This document shows positions 21,432 to 27,546 of a DNA stretch of 27,546 nucleotides, piece by piece. Origin of the DNA: Macrostomum lignano (taxonomy: Eukaryota); contig NIVC01005057.1 of assembly GCA_002269645.1 (NCBI GenBank), forward strand, positions 1 through 27,546. Direction: 5' to 3'. The position numbers were made by a program, and so were the translations under genes. A model generated the notes under the pieces. That model worked only from the letters and a program-made list of their open reading frames with translations, was not told where the DNA came from and did no database searches. Numbering within the stretch: position 1 is the stretch's first letter; every line of letters begins with the position of its first letter.

Positions 21432-22037
21432 GCCGACGGCGTCGGGATGATGACGGAATGCTTGAGAGACTAGCTGAGGGTGTCCGGCAGTTGAGGCTTG
21501 CCTACTGTCGAGGCTTGATCGGTGAAACTCGAGAAGTTCGCATCAAGGTGTTCATAGTCGCCTGGTGTCATCTGTTGAAGGTGCCGACGGCGTCCGAGTG
21601 ATGACTGAATGCTTGAGAGATTAGCTGAGGGTGTCCAGAAGTTGAGGCTTGCTCACTGTCGAGGCTTGATCAGCGAAACTAGAGAAATTCGCATCAAGGT
21701 GTTCATAGTCGCCTGGTGTCATCTGTTGAAGGTGCCGACGGCGTCGGGGTGATGACTGAATGCTTGAGAGACTAGCTGAAGATGTTTCGCGGTTGAGGCT
21801 TGCCCATTGGCAAGGCTTGATCAGCGAAACTAGAGAAATTTGCATCAGGGTGTTCATAGTCACCTGGTGTAATCCGTTGAAGGTGCCGACGGCGTCGGGG
21901 TGATGATGGAAGGCTCGAGAGACTAGCTGAGGATACCTAGCAGTTGAGGTATGCCCACTGTCGAGGCTTGATCAGCGAAACTCGAGAAATTCGTATCAGA
22001 GTGTCCATAGTCACTTGGTGCCACCTGTTGAAGGTCC
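21432..22037 (-). repeat. 151-bp subrepeats, ~4 copies, inverted, in the right arm
   Basis: Mirror image of 20610-21215. ORFs 20784..21026(+) and 21621..21863(-) translate identically. Confidence 0.95.
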
Positions 22038-22926
22038 AGAAGCTCCGCCTGGGTGAAGGCTAGTGACCAACGAAGTCAGAGCTGATGCAGACACATGTGG
22101 TCGACGTGCTGATGAAATTTGGAGACTTGGCAAGGCTGCACTGAGGCGCAGTGCTGATTGGCGCACAGGGGTGTACTGAATACACTAGCGCTTATAAGAA
22201 AAAAAAGAGCTTCTGGCAGAATCGTCGAATATCTCGACGGTCCGGAGGGCTGGCGACTTGATTCTTGTTTGAGAAGGTGCGCAACAAAAAGTTAGCCCGT
22301 GTTCTTGAATTTTGTGTGTCTGCGTTGCTCCGTTCCGGCGCAGCAAAAAAATTTGTCAGGGGGGGGGGAAATTTTCCCCCCCCCCTTGGTAGTTCTACTG
22401 TTAATGCGCGAGAAATAGTCGTTTTTTCTTGCTTAAATGTCTATGGCCATTGTTCCACGAGGTTACCTCGTGAAGTCTATGACTCGTAAAGTCTTAATTA
22501 TGAGGCAGCCTCATCATTAAACCAGTAAAGCGAGTTTTGTGTCCCTTCTATCTATGGTAATATATCCCTGAGGTCCCTGGTTTAACGCGCACAGCGTCCT
22601 CAAACTCAATCCCTTATCTTTTAAATCTCGCACGACACTCAAATTAACCAGTTATTGCTTACGTCTTCTCTTTGTGATCTAATCCTGTGAAATATCCAAA
22701 AAGTCCAGCCGGGACCCGGCTAAAATTTTCAAGGCAAGACATCTAAGCAAATGCTTTTTGTGCCCTTTAGTTATGACTTCTAAGATGTAAATTCTGCTTT
22801 GAGCAATTCCCATTTAAACCAAAGTAAAAACAGACTAAGACAGACAGACAGACCTTTACTGTGATTGAATTTTGCCCTCTAGATACTACAGCATTTAGAC
22901 CTGCGTTTGACTTCTATAGCAAAATA

Positions 22927-23945
22927 CGCAGTTTAGGTTGCAACTGTAGGTTTTGATGGTACAGTTTAGGTTGCAACTGTAGGTTTTGATGGTACAGTTT
23001 AGGTTGCAACTGTAGGTTTTTGATGGTACAGTTTAGGTTGCAACTGTAGGTTTTTGATGGTACAGTTTAGGTTGCAACTGTAGGTTTTTGATGGTACAGT
23101 TTAGGTTGCAACTATAGGTTTTTATGGTACAGTTTAGGTTGCAACTGTAGGTTTTTGATGGTACAGTTTAGGTTGCAACTGTAGGTTTTTGATGGTACAG
23201 TTTAGGTTGCAACTGTAGGTTTTTGATGGTACAGTTTAGGTTGCAACTGTAGGTTTTTGATGGTACAGTTTAGGTTGCAACTGTAGGTTTTTATGGTGCA
23301 GTTTAGGTTGCAACTGTAGGTTTTTGATGGTACAGTTTAGGTTGCAACTGTAGGTTTTTATGGTGCAGTTTAGGTTGCAACTGTAGGTTTTTGATGGTAC
23401 AGTTTAGGTTGCAACTGTAGGTTTTTATGGTACAGTTTAGGTTGCAACTGTAGGTTTTTATGGTACAGTTTAGGTTGCAACTGTAGGTTTTTATGGTACA
23501 GTTTAGGTTGCAACTGTAGGTTTTTGATGGTACAGTTTAGGTTGCAACTGTAGGTTTTTATGGTACAGTTTAGGTTGCAACTGTAGGTTTTGATGGTACA
23601 GTTTAGGTTGCAACTGTAGGTTTTGATGGTACAGTTTAGGTTGCAACTGTAGGTTTTTGATGGTACAGTTTAGGTTGCAACTGTAGGTTTTTATGGTACA
23701 GTTTAGGTTGCAACTGTAGGTTTTTATGGTGCAGTTTAGGTTGCAACTGTAGGTTTTTATGGTGCAGTTTAGGTTGCAACTCTAGGTTTTTGATGGTACA
23801 GTTTAGGTTGCAACTCTAGGTTTTTATGGTACAGTTTAGGTTGCAACTCTAGGTTTTTGATGGTACAGTTTAGGTTGCAACTCTAGGTTTTTGATGGTAC
23901 AGTTTAGGTTGCAACTGTAGGTTTGGCTGGTACAGTTTAGGTTAC
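22927..23945. repeat. 33/34-bp minisatellite, ~30 copies, unit GGTACAGTTTAGGTTGCAACTGTAGGTTTT(T)GAT
   Basis: Visible array; length variation is confined to the T-run. Confidence 0.97.
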
Positions 23946-24788
23946 AGCGGTAGAATTTCGCTTTGTTTGATCAGTATCTCGATATATTAGTTTAGTTTTA
24001 CAAGGAAACTTAGTCTTTTTACCTTATAGGAGTCTGGACACTGTCCAACTGCCAGATAACTTGCGAAGTAATAGGAAAATAGTAATAGGAAAAGTATCTG
24101 GGATTCATAATTACTATACGTTTTATGCTTGTAATTTTGGTTTTAATTTATTTTAATATTTACCTCTGGCAGCCCGTCTCTAAAATATATCAAGCGCACC
24201 CTGGAAGCATAGCTCTAATACAGTTGTTTTGTTAATTTATCAACAACATCACCTCTTTCGTTTGAGAGTGGTAAGATATCATGAAGTCTTTATTTTCATC
24301 ATTAATCCCATCTAAAGATAGCCCCTTTGTGGAGCATGATCAGTGAGGGATTTTCTTTACCTTTTCAGGTCTAAACAACAAATTTTTAGCGTTAGTTCTG
24401 ATCCTCTCAGCCTCCACGTGGGCGGATGGACTGTCAGCTGCTGGGATAGGAAGGATTCTATAATGAGTATTAAATTCCCATTATTAATGAGTTGACGTTG
24501 CGCCTTTCGTGATATGTGTGACGATCAAGTCTTAATAATTCAGAGGCCCTCTGGACAAATGCAAGCTATTGCTAATCAATTATTTTGTTTTAATTAGACT
24601 TCCAGTTTAGTCCAGTTTATTAGCTAGACTATACTACTTGACAACATTAAAGCTCTCCTAGTGGCACACCTGAATCAAATAGATTAAAATTTTCTGCAAG
24701 TAATTTTTCGACACCCTACAGAGTGAGGCCAGGCAGTTGGCAGCCACAACATAGCTGGGGTCGACAGGTACAGAAGTGACGAATGGTT

Positions 24789-25223
24789 GAGAATCGATCT
24801 GTGAAGGGGTGGGAATCGAGTGGTGAAGGGGTGAGAATCGATCTGTGAAGGGATGAGAATCGATCTGTGAAGGGGTGAGAATCGATCTGTGAAGGGGTGA
24901 GAATTGATCTGTGAAGGGGTGAGAATTGATCTGTGAAGGGGTGAGAATCGATCTGTGAAGGGGTGAGAATCGATCTGTGAAGGGGTGAGAATCGATCTGT
25001 GAAGGGGTGAGAATCGATCTGTGAAGGTGTGAGAATCGAGCGGTGAAGGGATGAGAATCGATCTGTGAAGGGATGAGAATCGATCTGTGAAGGGGTGAGA
25101 ATCGAGCGGTGAAGGGGTGAGAATCGATCTGTGAAGGGGTGAGAATCGATCTGTGAAGGGGTGAGAATCGAGCGGTGAAGGGGTGAGAATCGATCTGTGA
25201 AGGGGTGAGAATCGATCTGTGAA
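24789..25223. repeat. 22-bp minisatellite, ~20 copies, unit GAGAATCGATCTGTGAAGGGGT
   Basis: Visible array. Its reverse complement resembles the 21-bp satellite at 6360-8873. Confidence 0.97.
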
Positions 25224-25802
25224 AATAATAATAATGAATCCGTTCCGAATCTAATGAGAGTCGTTAGTCATACCGTAATGCATTACTTAAAGTAACTATA
25301 TAATTAAATAATTTTAAACTCGCAATCTAACTTTAGAATGAGTAATGATGAGTCATATCTATTTTTAGAATGAGTCATGTGCAAACAGAAGTGACTCAGA
25401 GCCCTACGTAAGTCCAACGTTTATTTGATCAAGAAACCGGTTCTCGGGAGTTTTATTTGCTTAATTCCATATATGGTAATGATACAACGCGACCTAAGTA
25501 AATAATTGGTTTTTAAACCTGTTTTTCACCAAAATTTTACTATAAATATAAGCGAAAATCCGAGTCAAAAATTCATACTCGGAGCGGTCTCAAGGAAGAC
25601 TTTGGAATACGTTAACAAAGAAGACTCATCTCTGAGAGAAGAAATCCGGATAGATTGGTAAGCGTTACCCGATTTAGTTCTTTACTATAGCACTAATCAG
25701 TTGATTGAGTTTAGGAGAGCCACTTATCGTTGACACATTTGAGAAAGGCCTCCTTGTTTCCTAGGAAACATTCCTAGAGGATTTATTGAGTTGATTTGAG
25801 TT

Positions 25803-25849
25803 ATCCGCTACGTTTCGGACGTAACGAAGAAGACGCCCTTCAGGAGGAC
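25803..25849 (-). ncRNA. Degenerate minimal type-I hammerhead ribozyme of Penelope-like-element type
   Basis: Minus strand reads GTCCTC-CTGAAG-GGCGT-cttcttcgtt-ACGTCC-GAAAC-GTA-GCGGAT, then AATAAA ~16 nt downstream. Core boxes CUGAnG and GAAA, a stem II, a loopless palindromic stem III (ACGU) and a GUA cleavage triplet are in the expected order. A9 is missing and stem I has one mismatch. Confidence 0.6.
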
Positions 25850-27012
25850 CTACTACAGAGATTTAAAGAATTCAATTGTTCATAAGGGCGCACGTTCTAT
25901 TGTGAATTCCGAGCTCGAGGACCGTCAAGAATTCTGATTCGCTCTCGTTTTGGTCGACCCACAGATACGTGAAGTTAAGGACCCCAAGAAACGACAGCTG
26001 TTCACCGGAACCGGCCGCCGCCACCGCTCAGCCAAGTCAGACAGCGCTGCACACTAAAAGACCCAGACGTCCACAAACTACAAGAGGAGCCGCTCCAGTT
26101 AGAGTTATTCGATTTTGTACATACCTAGGCACTTGTTCCCCAGTGTCTAGAAGTGGGAGTTACTGAGTGACTGATCACCACTCAATAAACTCTTCAGATA
26201 ACATTACTCTAAAAATAACAAAGGTGTAGAAAATACAGTTTGAATTCCAGCATATTAGAATTGCACAACCAAGTCACCTTAAGGCTCCCTGTGCAGTACA
26301 AATAATTTATTCGCAAATTTGGTTAGGATTATAAGTGGAACACGAAATATTGTATGAAAACGCAAACAGCTCTACTTGTACGATTTCAAGTAGTGCAGTT
26401 TGAATGTTTGATTAATTAATAACAATGATAATTCGCATTACTGATCGAATACAGGCGGCAGCTAATGATAATGGAGAAAATTACACAGAAGTAGGAAGGT
26501 TACAGAGCATGATGATGATGACGTCATAGTTATTAGTATTTCCTAGAATCAACCAATTAGGTTCGCACAACAAACTGATTGATTGCAGGTTAAGTATATG
26601 CATAAACATAAATAGGTAAACGCAAGGCTATTACAAAGTTAATTATTAATAAGATATCATTTTGCTGCCAAAGAGAATAACAAACTTAATAGCAGTATGC
26701 ATACGCTCAAGCATTACTTATAGTACTATGGCTAACAATTTAAGCAGATGACTAAGTCTTCATACAGGATGACTATAACTGATCCGATGCAGTAAACGCG
26801 GCTATAGGACCTTAAGGGCGTTAAACTGGCATTAGAATGGTCAATAATATTAAACACAAAACAAATTGCTCATAGCCATCAATATGACTAATTGCTCATT
26901 GCCGTCAAGATGAGTAATTGTCTATCAATAGCTTTTCAGCTCCAGGTGACTAATTGTTCCAACCGAAATGAATAATAGAACAAACTGGGATAACTAATTG
27001 ATCACTCTTAAA

Positions 27013-27546
27013 TGACCAATTGGTCACACATATAACAGATGACCAATTGGTCACACATATAACAGATGACCAATTGGTCACACACAGAACAGATGGCCAA
27101 TTGGTCACACACAGAACAGATGACCAATTGGTCACACATATAACAGATGGCCAATTGGTCACACACAGAACAGATGGCCAATTGGTCACACACAGAACAG
27201 ATGACCAATTGGTCACACACAGAACAGATGGCCAATTGTCACACACAGAACAGATGGCCAATTGGTCACACACAGAACAGATGGCCAATTGGTCACACAC
27301 AGAACAGATGGCCAATTGGTCACACACATAACAGATGACAATTGGTCACACATAGAACAGATGACTAATTGGTCACACACAGAACAGATGACTAATTGGT
27401 CACACTCAGATGACTAATTGGTCACACTCAGATGACTAATTGGTCACACTCAGATGACTTATTGGTCACACTCAGATGACTAATTGGTCATACTCAGATG
27501 ACTAATTGGTCACACTCAGATGACTAATTGGTCATACTCAGATGAC
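27013..27546. repeat. 27-bp minisatellite ATGACCAATTGGTCACACACAGAACAG that switches to a 22-bp derivative after ~27395; runs off the window
   Basis: Visible array with a 14-bp perfect palindrome TGACCAATTGGTCA in many units. Later units are TGACTAATTGGTCACACTCAGA. Confidence 0.97.

Larger units (their letters stand above)
20222..22400. mobile_element. Non-autonomous foldback / long-TIR DNA transposon, 2179 bp, TTAA-flanked
   Basis: TTAA|CAGTAG at 20218-20227 and CTACTG|TTAA at 22395-22404. Arms 20222-21215 and 21432-22400 are reverse complements. The differences I found are a 28-bp indel (20227-20254), homopolymer lengths, and a 14-nt block with 6 mismatches. The spacer is 216 bp and no transposase ORF is present. 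Confidence 0.85.

Noticed and set aside
20784-21863. Two identical 80-aa ORFs on opposite strands suggesting a duplicated gene
   Set aside because: They are mirror images within the inverted arms and lie in a 151-bp non-triplet repeat.
20217-22405. Polinton/Maverick interpretation of the foldback element (AGTAG ends, long TIRs)
   Set aside because: It would need a 6-bp target duplication, but the flanks TTTAAC and GTTAAT differ. TTAA fits exactly.
26950-27338. Cys-rich (CSVCDQL) and VTHRTDDQL ORFs resembling metal-binding repeat proteins
   Set aside because: Translations of the 27-bp satellite.

Overview
Eukaryotic (metazoan invertebrate) genomic DNA with GC-rich spliced exons in AT-rich, repeat-dense introns. 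The character suggests a flatworm such as Macrostomum, but species cannot be fixed from sequence alone. About 9.7 kb (~35%) is tandem repeat, in eleven arrays with 2-34 bp units, and these explain nearly all long ORFs in the track. Genes: a ChaC-family glutathione-specific gamma-glutamylcyclotransferase (+, ~5084-6203, possibly with a small upstream exon at 3870), a secreted PAN-like + fibrinogen-C protein (+, 12070-13136), two internal cadherin exons (-, 14717-15511) and a two-exon atypical class-A GPCR (-, 16849-19720). Mobile DNA: the 3' part of a DD34D mariner (1-976), a 1386-bp solo-LTR-like element with a CTAC duplication (9225-10610), a CORE-type SINE in the GPCR intron, a 2.18-kb TTAA-flanked foldback element with ~970-990-bp near-identical arms built partly of 151-bp subrepeats (20222-22400), and a decayed Penelope-type minimal hammerhead ribozyme (-, 25803-25849). 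The frameshifts I traced in the mariner, ChaC and cadherin exons are all short deletions in homopolymer runs, which points to long-read consensus error rather than true pseudogenes. Best leads: the foldback element, the hammerhead, and the apparent nesting of whole genes inside a cadherin gene.
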